From positions 1 through 22,277 of the forward strand of contig JANMQV010000166.1 of NCBI GenBank assembly GCA_031370645.1: 22,277 bases of DNA, given 5' to 3'. This DNA is from Candidatus Eiseniibacteriota bacterium. Lineage in GTDB: Bacteria; Eisenbacteria; RBG-16-71-46; SZUA-252. The translations under genes were made by a program, and so were the position numbers. Shown in pieces: positions 1 to 10,657 of this stretch; position 1 is the first letter of the stretch, and every line of letters begins with the position of its first letter. The notes under the pieces are model-generated. The model made no database searches, had not been told where the DNA came from, and saw nothing but the letters and a program-made list of their open reading frames with translations.

Positions 1-405
<405 letters not shown>

Positions 406-412
406 CGAACGT

Positions 413-441
413 AGCCTATCGAAACAGGTCTCGGGGCGCAA
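413..441 (-). promoter_or_regulatory. Putative sigma70/sigmaA promoter of groEL
   Basis: Minus strand TTGCGC-17 nt-TAGGCT, ending 7 nt before the CIRCE, the usual layout for HrcA repression. Confidence 0.7.
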
Positions 442-470
442 CCCCGAAGTGGGGCGCCCAAGGGCGCTCC

Positions 471-1274
471 TTACCGCTTCTTTTGCTTGGACTTACCGGC
501 TCGGCTACCGCGCCTGGCCTTGTCACGCAGATGGAGCGCCAGGAGCCCGTGGAGCGTCAAATCGAGATCGACGTGATCGATCGTCTCGGAGTGGGGCGCG
601 ATCGCGGAGGCGAGGCCCCCGGTGGCGATGACGGTGGGGCGGATCCGCTCTTCGCGCGCGATCAAGCGGACGATCGAATCGACCTGCCCGACGGCGCCGT
701 AGAAGACACCGGACTGAAGACTCTCCTCCGTCGTTCGGCCGACGACGCGCGCGGGGGGCTTCAGCTCGAAGGCTCCGAGGCGCGCGGCGCGGCGGATCAA
801 CTGCTCCGCGCCGGTCACCACACCGGGCACGATGACGCCTCCCCGATAGCGCCGCCCGGTCAACAGCACGTCGAAGGTCGTCGCGGTGCCGAAGTCGACC
901 ACGATGGCCGGCGCCTTGTAACGTTCGAACGCGGCGACGGCGTTCGCGATCCGGTCGGCGCCGACGGCGGTCGGGTCGAGGTACTCGATCGCGAGTCCGT
1001 GGGCGCTTCGAGCGCCGACTTCGAGCGGCGCCTTCCCCGTCACCGCGCGTGCCGCCTCGACGTAGAGCGGCGTCTGCGGCGGAACCACCGAGGCGAGCAC
1101 GACACCCTGGAACCGCTTCCCCTTCGCCTCCGGGAAGACCTGCTTCAGGAGGAGGGCCACTTCGTCGGGCGTGCGGCGCGTCTCGCTGCTCACGCGGAAG
1201 GAACGAACGAGCCGCTTTCCGTTGAAGAGACCGAGGGTGACGTCGGTGTTGCCGATGTCGATCGCGAGAAGCAT
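471..1274 (-). CDS. coaX: Type III pantothenate kinase
   Basis: MLLAIDIGNT, ASVVP, VGADRIANA, VVDFGTATTFD, GGVIVPG and ATGG motifs. Confidence 0.97.
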   Translation of the reverse strand: MLLAIDIGNTDVTLGLFNGKRLVRSFRVSSETRRTPDEVALLLKQVFPEAKGKRFQGVVLASVVPPQTPLYVEAARAVTGKAPLEVGARSAHGLAIEYLDPTAVGADRIANAVAAFERYKAPAIVVDFGTATTFDVLLTGRRYRGGVIVPGVVTGAEQLIRRAARLGAFELKPPARVVGRTTEESLQSGVFYGAVGQVDSIVRLIAREERIRPTVIATGGLASAIAPHSETIDHVDLDLTLHGLLALHLRDKARRGSRAGKSKQKKR

Positions 1275-1290
1275 GTGCAGCCTCCCGGGG

Positions 1291-2016
1291 CTAGCCCCAG
1301 ACGGTGGGTTCGTCGGCGCGGCGACCGCGCACGCGCCAGAGGACCCACGCCATGAAGACGGAGATGAAATAGAGAATGATCAGGGGCGCGGCGAGAATGA
1401 GCATCGAAGGGCCGTCCCCCGGCGTGACCACCGCGGCACCGACCGCGATGAAGAAGATCGCATGCCGCCATCCGCGCGCCAGAAGTCGCGGCGAAACCAT
1501 GCCGAACCACGCGGCGAGACAGATGATGAGCGGCATCTGAAACAGGAGCCCGCACCCGGCCGCCAGCTTCACCGTGAAGTCGAGGAGCGACGTGACGGAG
1601 ACGCGCGCCTCCATCTGCGGCGTGGCGAAGGAACGAAGCATCGTTACCATGGCGGGGAGAAGGAGTTCGAGCGCGAAGAGGACGCCGCTGTAGAGGAGGA
1701 ACGCCGAGGCGACCATCCAGGGAATGGCGAAGTGCCGCTCCGTCTTCTTGAGGCCCGGCGCCACGAACCACCACGCTTCGAGAAAGACATAGGGAATGGC
1801 GACGAGCCCGCCGGTCCAGAGCGCCACCTGCATCCGCGCCGAGAACGCTTCGCCCGGCGTCAGCGCGAGCGCGCGCTCGCCATGAAGCAGATAGGAGATG
1901 AGCGCGTCGAGCAGGCGGTCGGAGAATGCCCACGCCACCGCGATCAAGATCACCGCCACGACGGCCGCACGGCCGAGCGACCGGCGAAGTTCGTCCAGGT
2001 GATCGAGGAACGACAT
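1291..2016 (-). CDS. tatC: Twin-arginine translocase subunit TatC
   Basis: MSFLDHLDELR, FVAPGLKKTER, FQMP and VTPGD motifs, about six hydrophobic segments; SD AAGGAG upstream. Confidence 0.95.
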   Translation of the reverse strand: MSFLDHLDELRRSLGRAAVVAVILIAVAWAFSDRLLDALISYLLHGERALALTPGEAFSARMQVALWTGGLVAIPYVFLEAWWFVAPGLKKTERHFAIPWMVASAFLLYSGVLFALELLLPAMVTMLRSFATPQMEARVSVTSLLDFTVKLAAGCGLLFQMPLIICLAAWFGMVSPRLLARGWRHAIFFIAVGAAVVTPGDGPSMLILAAPLIILYFISVFMAWVLWRVRGRRADEPTVWG

Positions 2017-2066
2017 CGCCCGCTCCTTGGCAGACGTGGCGGCGGCAGCGATGACCGGTCCCGGAT

Positions 2067-2516
2067 CTATTTCAGGAGCGCTCGTAGCTCCTCCAGGAAT
2101 TGATTCAGGTCCTTGAAGTGCCGGTATACGGACGCGAAGCGGACGTAGGCGACTTCGTCCAGTTGGTGGAGCGCGGACATGACCCGCTCCCCGACCTCGC
2201 TCGTCGCCACCTCCTCGTTTCCCTGCCGGAGAAGATCGGCCTCCAACTGATCGACGATCGCGTGGAGTTTCTCCGCGGGAATCGGCCGCTTCTCGCAGGC
2301 GCGAAGGAGCCCGTTCAAGATCTTCTCGCGACTGAATGGCTCCCGCCGGCCGTCCTTCTTGATCACGAGGAGCGGCGTCATTTCAACGGTCTCGTACGTC
2401 GTGAACCGCCGCTGGCACTTGAGGCACTCGCGGCGACGGCGGATCGCCTGCCCCTCCTTCGTGGAGCGGGAGTCGATCACCTTGTCCTCGAGATGCCCGC
2501 ACGACGGACACTTCAT
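2067..2516 (-). CDS. nrdR: Transcriptional repressor NrdR
   Basis: MKCPSC...VIDSR...[10 protein letters not shown]...RFTTYE Zn ribbon, ATP cone and [10 protein letters not shown]. Confidence 0.98.
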   Translation of the reverse strand: MKCPSCGHLEDKVIDSRSTKEGQAIRRRRECLKCQRRFTTYETVEMTPLLVIKKDGRREPFSREKILNGLLRACEKRPIPAEKLHAIVDQLEADLLRQGNEEVATSEVGERVMSALHQLDEVAYVRFASVYRHFKDLNQFLEELRALLK

Positions 2517-2519
2517 CGG

Positions 2520-3317
2520 CTAGCGGCCTTCCGGTTCGACGGGAATCTCGCCGGCGACGAGCGTGAGGACGATCCCCTCGGCGTCGCGGACCGAGATGGC
2601 GCCGCTCTCGGTGTAGCCTTCCACGGTCCCTTCCACGCGATGGCCACCCGAAGTGACCACGACGGCCGAGCCGGGGCGCGGCAGCCGCGCCTTCACGGCG
2701 CTCCAAAGTCCGGAGAGATCGCCCGCCCTCGCGCGAGCGAGGTAGCTTTCAAAGCGAGAGAGAATTTCGCGCAACAGTTGATCGGGATCGAGCGCGCGTC
2801 CGTCGGCCGCGATCCGTAGCGACGTGGCGATCCGCTGAATCTCCTCGGGCCACGCCTCGACGGTTTGATTCACGTTCACCCCGAAACCGATCACGAGCGG
2901 CGTTCCGGCCGGCGTGGCATGGCCCACGCGCGTCTCCGCTAAGATGCCGCAGACCTTTCGCCCGCGGTGTAGCACGTCGTTCGGCCACTTCACGTCGAAG
3001 CGTTCCCCGGGGACGAGCCGCTCGGCCGCTTCCGCCACGGCGCACGCCATGGCCATCCCGAGTTGCGGATACCGAGCGAGCGGGACCGCGGGCCGGAGGA
3101 GAAGCGAGGCGAGAAGCGAATCGCCCGGCGCGTCCCACCAGGTGCGACCCTGGCGGCCGCGCCCCGCGCTCTGATGACGCGTGATGACGAGCAGCCCTTC
3201 GGGCGCGCCTTCGGCGGCGCGACGAAAGGCCTCGTCGTTGGTCGATGGGAGCGACTCATGCCGCTCCACCGGAATACCCAAGAACGTGATCGGGAGCTTC
3301 ACCTCCGCCCTAGTCAC
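2520..3317 (-). CDS. birA: Biotin--[acetyl-CoA carboxylase] ligase, no N-terminal HTH
   Basis: STND, QSAGRGRQGRTW, KWPND, KVCGILAE and GVNVN motifs; overlaps the nadC stop. Confidence 0.95.
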   Translation of the reverse strand: MTRAEVKLPITFLGIPVERHESLPSTNDEAFRRAAEGAPEGLLVITRHQSAGRGRQGRTWWDAPGDSLLASLLLRPAVPLARYPQLGMAMACAVAEAAERLVPGERFDVKWPNDVLHRGRKVCGILAETRVGHATPAGTPLVIGFGVNVNQTVEAWPEEIQRIATSLRIAADGRALDPDQLLREILSRFESYLARARAGDLSGLWSAVKARLPRPGSAVVVTSGGHRVEGTVEGYTESGAISVRDAEGIVLTLVAGEIPVEPEGR

Positions 3318-4188
3318 CCTTCACTACCTCCGCGCCGACGGCGTCCATCATGAGAGAGAGGTCGATGGCCGGCGCCGAATGCGTCAGCGCGCCGACCGAG
3401 AGAAACGAGACGCCCGGAAGGGCGAACTCGCGGATATTCGATAGTTTCAGCCCGCCCGAGACCTCGATCACGAGCGGTTTCTTCCCCTTCCGGGACGCGG
3501 CGAGCCGCTTCAGCGCCCGGGCGAGCCCCGGCGGGTTGAAATTGTCGAGGAGGATCCGGTCGACGTCGAGCGCCGCGGCCTCCTCCGCCTCTTCTTCGGT
3601 GCGGGCCTCGACGACGATCGGGAGTCCGCTCTCCGCGGCGCGGGCTCGCCTCACGGCCTCCGTGAGACTCCCCGCGACGCGAATGTGGTTCTCCTTGATC
3701 ATCACGGTATCGAAGAGGCCATAGCGGTGATTCATGGCGCCGCCCGCGATCACCGCGAATTTCTCGAGCAGGCGGTGGCCCGGCGTCGTCTTCCTCGTGT
3801 CGAGGATCGTGACGCCGGTTCCCTCCACCGCGCGGACGTACGCCCGCGCTTGCGTGGCGACGCCCGAAAGGCGCTGGAGGAAATTGAGCGCCACGCGTTC
3901 CGCGCTCAGAATCGCTCGGGCCTTCGCCCTGATGACGCAGAGGCACATCCCCTTCGTGAACGGGGCGCCGTCCTCCAGGTGCCAGTGGATCTTCGCCGCG
4001 GGGTCGAGTTCCTTGAACGCCAGCCCCGCGACCGGTCCTCCGGCCAGCACGCCCTCCGCGCGGGCCTCGATGTGCGCGAGCGCGGGGAGTTCAGGATCGA
4101 CGATGGCTTCCGTCGTTACGTCCCCGCCCCCGAGGTCCTCGGTCAGAGCGAGTCGGACGAGCGGGAGCGCGATCGCTTCGAGGCGCAC
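3310..4188 (-). CDS. nadC: Nicotinate-nucleotide diphosphorylase (quinolinate phosphoribosyltransferase)
   Basis: [49 protein letters not shown] and SVGALTHSA motifs; GTG start with SD AGGAG. Confidence 0.97.
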   Translation of the reverse strand: MRLEAIALPLVRLALTEDLGGGDVTTEAIVDPELPALAHIEARAEGVLAGGPVAGLAFKELDPAAKIHWHLEDGAPFTKGMCLCVIRAKARAILSAERVALNFLQRLSGVATQARAYVRAVEGTGVTILDTRKTTPGHRLLEKFAVIAGGAMNHRYGLFDTVMIKENHIRVAGSLTEAVRRARAAESGLPIVVEARTEEEAEEAAALDVDRILLDNFNPPGLARALKRLAASRKGKKPLVIEVSGGLKLSNIREFALPGVSFLSVGALTHSAPAIDLSLMMDAVGAEVVKGD

Positions 4189-6298
4189 CAGGAATCTCCT
4201 TTCTCGCCATCAGGCGGAGTTCATCCAATCGGTCGCGGAAGACGGCGGCGACTTCGAACTCCTCGCGCGCCGCGGCCTCCAGCATCTCGCGTTCCAGATA
4301 GTCGATCATCGCGTCGGGAGTAAGGTTCGCCACCGACGCCGGCAGAAGCTCATCCACGCCCATCGGCGCGCTGGCATCGGCAACGGAGGTGGAGAGCATC
4401 ACCTCCTCCACCGACTTCACGATCGTCATCGGCGTGATTCCGTGCTCTTGGTTGTAACGTTCCTGCACGACGCGACGCCGGTTCATCTCGCTGATGGCCC
4501 GCTGCATGCCGCCGGTCATCCGGTCGGCGTAGAGAATGACCTGCCCTCGAACGTGCCGCGCGGCGCGACCGGCCGTCTGGATGAGCGACGTCTCCGAGCG
4601 GAGGAAGCCCTCCTTGTCGGCGTCGAGAATCGCGACGAGCGACACTTCGGGGAGATCGAGCCCTTCGCGCAGGAGATTGATTCCCACGAGGACGTCCACC
4701 TTCTGGAGCCGGAGCGAGCGAAGGATCTCCATCCGCTCGATCGTGTCGATGTCGGAGTGGATATAGCGGACTTTCACACCGGCCTGGAAGAGATAGTCGG
4801 TCAAGTCCTCCGCCATCCGCTTCGTCAGCGTCGTCACGAGAACTCGCTCGCCGACCTCCACACGCTTCTTGATCTCCTCCAAGAGATCGTCGATCTGTCC
4901 CTTCGTCGGCCGGACCGTGAGGCTCGGATCGATGAGGCCGGTCGGGCGGATGATCTGCTCCACGATGACGCCCCCGGACTGCTTCAGTTCGAAATCGCCG
5001 GGGGTCGCGGAGACGTAGATCGTCTGGCCCATCAACTGGCTGAACTCATCGAAGCGAAGCGGCCGATTGTCGAGCGCCGACGGAAGGCGGAAGCCGTGAT
5101 CCACCAGCGTCTGCTTCCGCGAGCGGTCGCCTTCGTACATGCCCCCGATCTGAGGGATCGTGACGTGCGATTCGTCCACGATCAGGAGGAAGTCGTCCGG
5201 GAAGTAGTCGATGAGGCACTGGGGGCGCTCCCCCTGCTTTCGACCCGACAGGGGGCGGGAGTAGTTCTCGACGCCGGGGCAGTAGCCGATCTCCCGCAGC
5301 ATTTCGAGATCGTATTCGGTTCGCATCTTGAGGCGCTGGGCTTCGAGCAATTTTCCTTCTCGCTCGAATTGTTCGAGCCGCTCGCTCAACTCCTCTCGGA
5401 TCGCCTTCACGCCCTCCTGGAGCCGCGTCGGATGGGTCATGAAGTGCTTCGCCGGGTAGATGGCCGCGATCCGGACCAGCTGCTGCGTCTTCCCCGTCAG
5501 CGAATCGATGATGGCGATCCGCTCCACCTCGTCGCCGAAGAGTTCGATCCGGAGCGCTGTTTCCTCGTACGCCGGATGAACCTCGATCACGTCGCCCCGG
5601 GCGCGGAACGTGCCGCGCTTCAACTCGACGTCGTTCCGCGAGTACTGGCTGTGAACCAAGCGCTGCAAGATCGACTCGCGCGAGTGCGTCTCCCCCACCT
5701 GGATCAGGATCATCTCGCGTCGGAAATCCTCCGGCGCGCCGAGACCGTAGATGCAGGAAACCGACGAGACGATGATGACGTCCCGACGCTCCAGGAGCGC
5801 GCTCGTGGCCGCCAGGCGCAGGCGATCGATATCGTCGTTGATGGAGGCGTCCTTTTCGATATACGTGTTCGTCTGCGGGACGTACGCCTCCGGCTGGTAG
5901 TAGTCGTAATAGGAGACGAAGTAACCGACCGCGTTGTCCGGGAAGAACTGCTTGAACTCGCCGTAGAGCTGCGCCGCGAGCGTCTTGTTGTGCGAGATGA
6001 CGAGCGTAGGACGCTTCACCGCGGCGATGACATTCGCCATGGTGAACGTCTTCCCCGAGCCGGTGACGCCGAGGAGCGTCTGATACTTGTCGCCGCGCTC
6101 CAGCCCCTCGATCAGTTCCGTGATCGCCTGCGGCTGGTCGCCCTGCGGCTCGTAGGGCGCCTGGAGCCGGAACGCGGCGGGTACCGCGCCCGGCTCGTCC
6201 CGGATCAAGAGCGCGCGCGGCCGGACAGGCTCCCCCGCCGGCTTGGGGGTCGCTTCGGGCCCCGGCGCCGAACCGCTGTCGCCGGTGCTCGAGATCAC
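4091..6298 (-). CDS. uvrB: Excinuclease ABC subunit B
   Basis: [45 protein letters not shown] and QTAGRAAR motifs plus a C-terminal UVR coiled coil. The exact start is uncertain. Confidence 0.98.
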   Translation of the reverse strand: MISSTGDSGSAPGPEATPKPAGEPVRPRALLIRDEPGAVPAAFRLQAPYEPQGDQPQAITELIEGLERGDKYQTLLGVTGSGKTFTMANVIAAVKRPTLVISHNKTLAAQLYGEFKQFFPDNAVGYFVSYYDYYQPEAYVPQTNTYIEKDASINDDIDRLRLAATSALLERRDVIIVSSVSCIYGLGAPEDFRREMILIQVGETHSRESILQRLVHSQYSRNDVELKRGTFRARGDVIEVHPAYEETALRIELFGDEVERIAIIDSLTGKTQQLVRIAAIYPAKHFMTHPTRLQEGVKAIREELSERLEQFEREGKLLEAQRLKMRTEYDLEMLREIGYCPGVENYSRPLSGRKQGERPQCLIDYFPDDFLLIVDESHVTIPQIGGMYEGDRSRKQTLVDHGFRLPSALDNRPLRFDEFSQLMGQTIYVSATPGDFELKQSGGVIVEQIIRPTGLIDPSLTVRPTKGQIDDLLEEIKKRVEVGERVLVTTLTKRMAEDLTDYLFQAGVKVRYIHSDIDTIERMEILRSLRLQKVDVLVGINLLREGLDLPEVSLVAILDADKEGFLRSETSLIQTAGRAARHVRGQVILYADRMTGGMQRAISEMNRRRVVQERYNQEHGITPMTIVKSVEEVMLSTSVADASAPMGVDELLPASVANLTPDAMIDYLEREMLEAAAREEFEVAAVFRDRLDELRLMARKEIPGAPRSDRAPARPTRSDRGPRGRGRNDGSHRRS

Positions 6299-7755
6299 GA
6301 CCTCGTCCGAAGCGTGTACGTCACGGTGACCGGCTTCTCGGGCGCGCAGCGGACCGTGAATTCGAAGGTCGTGGCGTCCTTCTTCACCGACGGATGGCTC
6401 TGGTTGATCAGCGACCAGTCGCCGCCGGCATGCTCGGAGATCGTCACGTCCACCGCCTCGGTCTTGTGATTCCGAAGCGTGATCTCGAACGACTGCTCCG
6501 TGAGACGCGGCGTCACCTGGCGGAAGTCGGCCTGCTTCCGCTCCACGCCGATGTCGAAGGCGTTCCCAACGCTGAGACGAACCTTCTCGTTCTTCGGCGT
6601 GTGCTTGATCCGGTCCTCGCCCGCCAGTTCCAGCGACCCGTCCTGGTCGCGCTTGAAGATGCGCGCCACGCCCTCCGGAAGCGGCATGCCGAGCCCCGCC
6701 GCCTGAGAGTTCTCGAACTCGATCGTGACCATGGCGTTGTCGTTGTCGCGCGCGGCGTCGTAGGTATAGCGCTTGGAGGTCTTCACGCCCTCGGCGCTCA
6801 GAAGCCCCAGTTGTTTCACCTCGTTGTTCGAAATGGTCGCGCGGATGGGGACTTCGTAGAGGTGGTATTCGAAGAAGGCGCGCTCCTGGATCGATGCCGC
6901 CTTCATTTCATACGCGCGGGAGATGCCGCCGTCGTACATCGGCACCGGCGTCTGCGCCCGGTGAATGCTCCCCGCCACGAGCTTGATCTTCGCGTCGTCG
7001 TAGGTGGCGCCCGAGCGGTTGTCGACCGAGGCCCAGCCTTGGAGATCGAGGCTCGTTTCGGCGGCGTCGAGGACCGCGACGTATTCCGCGTGCCACGAGA
7101 GCCCGCCCGTCATGTAGGAGACCTCGAGCGGCTGCTCTCCGGCGGCGTCCGCGCGGAGCCGCCAGACGAGCGTCGGGCGGGTGATGAGTCCCTTCGGAAC
7201 TTCCTTGAGCCCCACCTGACGGACTTCGGCTCGGTTGAGGAGCGTCAAGCCGCCAGCGGGGTCCTGGAGCACGAGCGAAGTGCCGTCGTGCGAGAGGAGC
7301 GTGCCGTGGCGGATCTGGTCGTCCTTCGTGGCGACGTCGATCGGCAGATCGATGTAGCGGTCGAGCAACTTCTCGGTGTTCACGAGATCGAAGCGGTAGT
7401 CCTGCCAGAGGATCTCGATCGCCGAGCGGCCCAGGGCGCGAAGATGGACCGAGGTCGGATCGATGGACGAGGCGACGTCGGTGAAGCGGATATCCGACAC
7501 GCCCGAAGCGAGCGTGAAGGGACGCTTGTCCTTTACGACGCCGAGGTTGTCGTTGTAGACCGTCACGGCGACGTCGCGCGCCGCCTGCTTTCCGGTAGCC
7601 GCGGCCGCACCCGGCGCGCCGGAATCCTTCTTCCCGCGCGGCTGCGCGTGGGCCCTCGTCGCCGACCCGACTCCCGTCGTAAGCAAGGCCGAGAGCGCCA
7701 CCATGGCCGTCGCCCGCCGCATCCCTTGCCGCCCTCCCTGGCGTGTCCGTTTCAT
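6295..7755 (-). CDS. Secreted DUF4139/DUF4140-type protein
   Basis: Signal peptide ending [61 protein letters not shown] and GNAFDI motifs typical of this family. Has 4-nt overlaps with valS and uvrB. Confidence 0.8.
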   Translation of the reverse strand: MKRTRQGGRQGMRRATAMVALSALLTTGVGSATRAHAQPRGKKDSGAPGAAAATGKQAARDVAVTVYNDNLGVVKDKRPFTLASGVSDIRFTDVASSIDPTSVHLRALGRSAIEILWQDYRFDLVNTEKLLDRYIDLPIDVATKDDQIRHGTLLSHDGTSLVLQDPAGGLTLLNRAEVRQVGLKEVPKGLITRPTLVWRLRADAAGEQPLEVSYMTGGLSWHAEYVAVLDAAETSLDLQGWASVDNRSGATYDDAKIKLVAGSIHRAQTPVPMYDGGISRAYEMKAASIQERAFFEYHLYEVPIRATISNNEVKQLGLLSAEGVKTSKRYTYDAARDNDNAMVTIEFENSQAAGLGMPLPEGVARIFKRDQDGSLELAGEDRIKHTPKNEKVRLSVGNAFDIGVERKQADFRQVTPRLTEQSFEITLRNHKTEAVDVTISEHAGGDWSLINQSHPSVKKDATTFEFTVRCAPEKPVTVTYTLRTRS

Positions 7756-10394
7756 CCCAAGACCTCCAAGTTCTTTTCGAGTTTCTCTTTCGTGTCGCCC
7801 AGCATGACGAATTTCTCCCGCTCCCGCTCCACGACCTCCTTCTTCGCCTTCGCGAGGAAGTCGTCGTTCTGCAACTTCCGGCGCGTGGAATCAAATTCCC
7901 GGAGCACGCGCTCGTATTCCTTCTGAAGCCGCTGACGTTCGAGGCCCACGTCGATCAATCCCTCCAACGGGAGAAAGACCTCGTGCTGGCGGACCACCGC
8001 CGAGGCGACGATCTTCGGCTTCGCCACCTCGGGACCGACTTCGAGCGTCTCCCCCTTCGCGAGGAGGAGGATCAGGTCGCGCTGGCGCCGGAGCGTGTCG
8101 GCGTCGGGGCCCGAGGCGCGGATGAGGATCGGCGCCTTCCGGGCCGGCGGAATGTTCATCTCCGAGCGAAGGTTTCGCACCGCCCCGACAATCTCCTTCA
8201 GGAGCACCATGCTCGCTTCCGCCTCCGGATGCGACGAGCCGCGCGCGGGGACCGGCCACTCCGCCACTTCCACGTCGCCGTTCGTCCCGGGGAGCGCGTG
8301 CCAGAGTTCCTCGGTCAAGAAGGGCATGAAGGGGTGAAGCATTCTCACGACGTGGCTGAAGACGGTTTGAATCGTCGTCCGCACCGCGAGCGCGTCCGGC
8401 GTATCGGCCGCGGCGTAGAGGCGCGGCTTCGCCATTTCGAGGTACCAGTCGCAGAATTCGCGCCAGGTGAAGTCGTAGAGATCCTTCGCCGCGTCGCCGA
8501 TCCGGAACGCGCGAAGATTCTTCGTCGTGGAGCGGACGGTCGCGGCCAACGTGCTCAGGATCCAGAGATCGGCGTCCGTGTAGTGCGCCTTCGCCGCCGC
8601 CTCGTCGGGTGTGAACCCCTCCAGGTGCGGATGCACGAGCCGGAACGCGTTCCAGAGTTTGTTCGTGAAGTGGCGCCCGAGATCCACCTTCTCGTCGGAG
8701 AAACCGTGGATGTCGTTCCCCTGCGGCGATAGCAAAATCAGCGTGTAGCGAAGCGAATCGGCGCCGAAGCGGTCCATCAGCTCGATCGGATCGCTCGAAT
8801 TGCCGAGCGACTTCGAGAGCTTCCGCCCCTGGGCGTCCCGCACGATTCCGTGAAGAAACACCACCGGGAAGGGGCAACTCCCCATGAATTCGTACCCCGC
8901 CATCACCATGCGCGCGACCCAGAAGAAGATGATGTCGGGCCCCGTCACCATGACGCTCGAGGGGTAAAAGCGCTTCAAGTCCTCCGTCTGCTCCGGCCAG
9001 CCGAGCGTGGAGAAGGGCCAGAGCCAGGAGGAGAACCAGGTGTCGAGCACGTCGGGATCCTGCTCCAGCTTGGTTCCGCCGCACTTGGGACAGGCGCGCG
9101 GAGTCTCCACTTCCACGATCTCGGTCTTGCACGCCTCGCAGGTCCAGACCGGCACGCGGTGACCCCACCACAACTGGCGAGAGATGCACCAATCGCGAAT
9201 TCCCTCGAGCCAGCGGAGATAGACCTTCTCCCAGCGGCGCGGCAGAATCGTCAGCTCGCCATTCTCGATCGCCGCGTAGGCCGGCTCGGCGAGCGGCTTC
9301 ATTTTCACGAACCACTGAAGCGAGAGGTAGGGCTCGACCACCGTGTCACAACGGTCGCAGTGCCCCACCGAGTGGCGGTGCGGCTCCACGCGCGCGAGGA
9401 GGCCGCGATCCTTCAGCGCCTCCACGATCCGCTGCCGCGCTTCCTCGCGGGAGAGACCCTGGAAGCCGCCGGCGTTCTCGTTCATGACCGCCCCTTCGTC
9501 CATGATCGTGATGAACGGGAGGTCGTGACGCTTCGCCATCTCGAAGTCGTTCGGGTCGTGCGACGGCGTGATCTTCACGGCGCCCGTCCCGAACTTCGGA
9601 TCGACCGACTCGTCGAGGACGATCGGGATCTCGCGTCCCAGAAACGGAAGGACGAGTGTCTTCCCGTGGAGCGGCGCGTAGCGTTTGTCGCCCGGGTGAA
9701 CGGCCACCGCCACGTCGCCGAGCATCGTCTCGGGGCGCGTCGTGGCGACCGTCACGCTCTTCTTGGAATCCTTGATCGGATACTGGATGTGGTAGAGCTT
9801 GCCATCCGTCTCGACGTGATTCACTTCCTCGTCGGAGAGCGCGGTGCGGCAGCGGGGACACCAGTTGATGATCCGGTTCCCGCGATAGATCAGGCCCTTT
9901 CGGTAGAGGCGGACGAACACTTCGCGCACGGCGAGCGAAAGCCCTTCGTCCATCGTGAAGCGCTCGCGCGACCAGTCGACCGAATCGCCGAGCCGCTTCA
10001 TCTGTTCGGTGATGCGCTCGTGGTAGGTCGCCTTCCAGCGCCACACTTCCTCCACGAACGCCTCGCGCCCCACGTCGTGACGCGACTGCCCGCGTTCCGC
10101 CAGACGCTTCTCCACCACGTTCTGCGTCGCGATCCCCGCGTGGTCGGTGCCGGGTAGCCAGAGCGTCGGCTCACCCATCATCCGATGCCAGCGCGTCAGG
10201 AGGTCCTGGATGGTATGGTCGAAGGTGTGTCCGAAGTGGAGGCTCCCCGTCACGTTCGGGGGCGGAATCAGGATGACGAAGGGCGTGCCCGCCCCGTCCT
10301 TGGGCGCGAAGTAGCCGCGCTGCTGCCAGTGGGCGTACCAGCGGCCCTCCACCTCTTTCGGATCGTAATTCTTGGGTAGTTCGGTGCGGCTCAT
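7752..10394 (-). CDS. valS: Valine--tRNA ligase
   Basis: PPPNVTGSLHFGH, GTDHAGIATQ, ATTRPETMLGD, WCISRQLWWGH, DVLDTWFSS, KLSKS and a C-terminal coiled coil. Start placed at ATG 10394 (MSRTELPKNYDP) because the longer start at 10487 lies inside the promoter. Confidence 0.98.
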   Translation of the reverse strand: MSRTELPKNYDPKEVEGRWYAHWQQRGYFAPKDGAGTPFVILIPPPNVTGSLHFGHTFDHTIQDLLTRWHRMMGEPTLWLPGTDHAGIATQNVVEKRLAERGQSRHDVGREAFVEEVWRWKATYHERITEQMKRLGDSVDWSRERFTMDEGLSLAVREVFVRLYRKGLIYRGNRIINWCPRCRTALSDEEVNHVETDGKLYHIQYPIKDSKKSVTVATTRPETMLGDVAVAVHPGDKRYAPLHGKTLVLPFLGREIPIVLDESVDPKFGTGAVKITPSHDPNDFEMAKRHDLPFITIMDEGAVMNENAGGFQGLSREEARQRIVEALKDRGLLARVEPHRHSVGHCDRCDTVVEPYLSLQWFVKMKPLAEPAYAAIENGELTILPRRWEKVYLRWLEGIRDWCISRQLWWGHRVPVWTCEACKTEIVEVETPRACPKCGGTKLEQDPDVLDTWFSSWLWPFSTLGWPEQTEDLKRFYPSSVMVTGPDIIFFWVARMVMAGYEFMGSCPFPVVFLHGIVRDAQGRKLSKSLGNSSDPIELMDRFGADSLRYTLILLSPQGNDIHGFSDEKVDLGRHFTNKLWNAFRLVHPHLEGFTPDEAAAKAHYTDADLWILSTLAATVRSTTKNLRAFRIGDAAKDLYDFTWREFCDWYLEMAKPRLYAAADTPDALAVRTTIQTVFSHVVRMLHPFMPFLTEELWHALPGTNGDVEVAEWPVPARGSSHPEAEASMVLLKEIVGAVRNLRSEMNIPPARKAPILIRASGPDADTLRRQRDLILLLAKGETLEVGPEVAKPKIVASAVVRQHEVFLPLEGLIDVGLERQRLQKEYERVLREFDSTRRKLQNDDFLAKAKKEVVEREREKFVMLGDTKEKLEKNLEVLG

Positions 10395-10477
10395 CGTCCC
10401 TCGAAGCGGACTGGGGGGTCGTGCGCGGGCCATCCCGCACGTCGGCGCTAACTTCCACCATTCCAAGAGAATGAGGA

Positions 10478-10506
10478 AATGTAGCATAGGGGTTTCGAGG
10501 GGTCAA
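10478..10506 (-). promoter_or_regulatory. Putative sigma70 promoter of the valS operon
   Basis: Minus strand TTGACC-17 nt-TACATT with an extended -10 TG. Confidence 0.75.
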
Positions 10507-10657
10507 ACTGGGGGACCGGCATTCCCGCCCAGAGGGGGCCGCATGGAACGCCGAAGGAGGGGCTAAAGCTGGCGGCGCCACACGCCGATTCATCGCTAGG
10601 TCCAGGAGAGCGCCGGGGCGCCCCTCCTGTCGCGGCAACCTCCACGAGGTAATCGAC

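Noticed and set aside
451-470. Inverted repeat GGGGCGCCC-AA-GGGCGCTCC right after the coaX stop, as a terminator
   Set aside because: It has a mismatch on the transcribed strand and no U-tract, so it cannot be supported as an intrinsic terminator.
3734-6469. 911-aa plus-strand ORF, and other long antisense ORFs (12-311, 393-1355, 6394-7926, 8850-10157, 19699-21204)
   Set aside because: They lie antisense to clearly conserved genes and show no family motifs; such shadow ORFs are expected at high GC.
10395-10477. T-box riboswitch in the valS leader
   Set aside because: The leader is only about 80 nt and has no T-box consensus or terminator.
10395-10487. Longer ORF-track starts for valS (10487), TrxB-like (15550), efp (20048) and the 241-aa ORF (19342)
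   Set aside because: The extensions overlap promoters or neighbouring genes; the downstream starts fit family N-termini, SD sites or operon spacing better.
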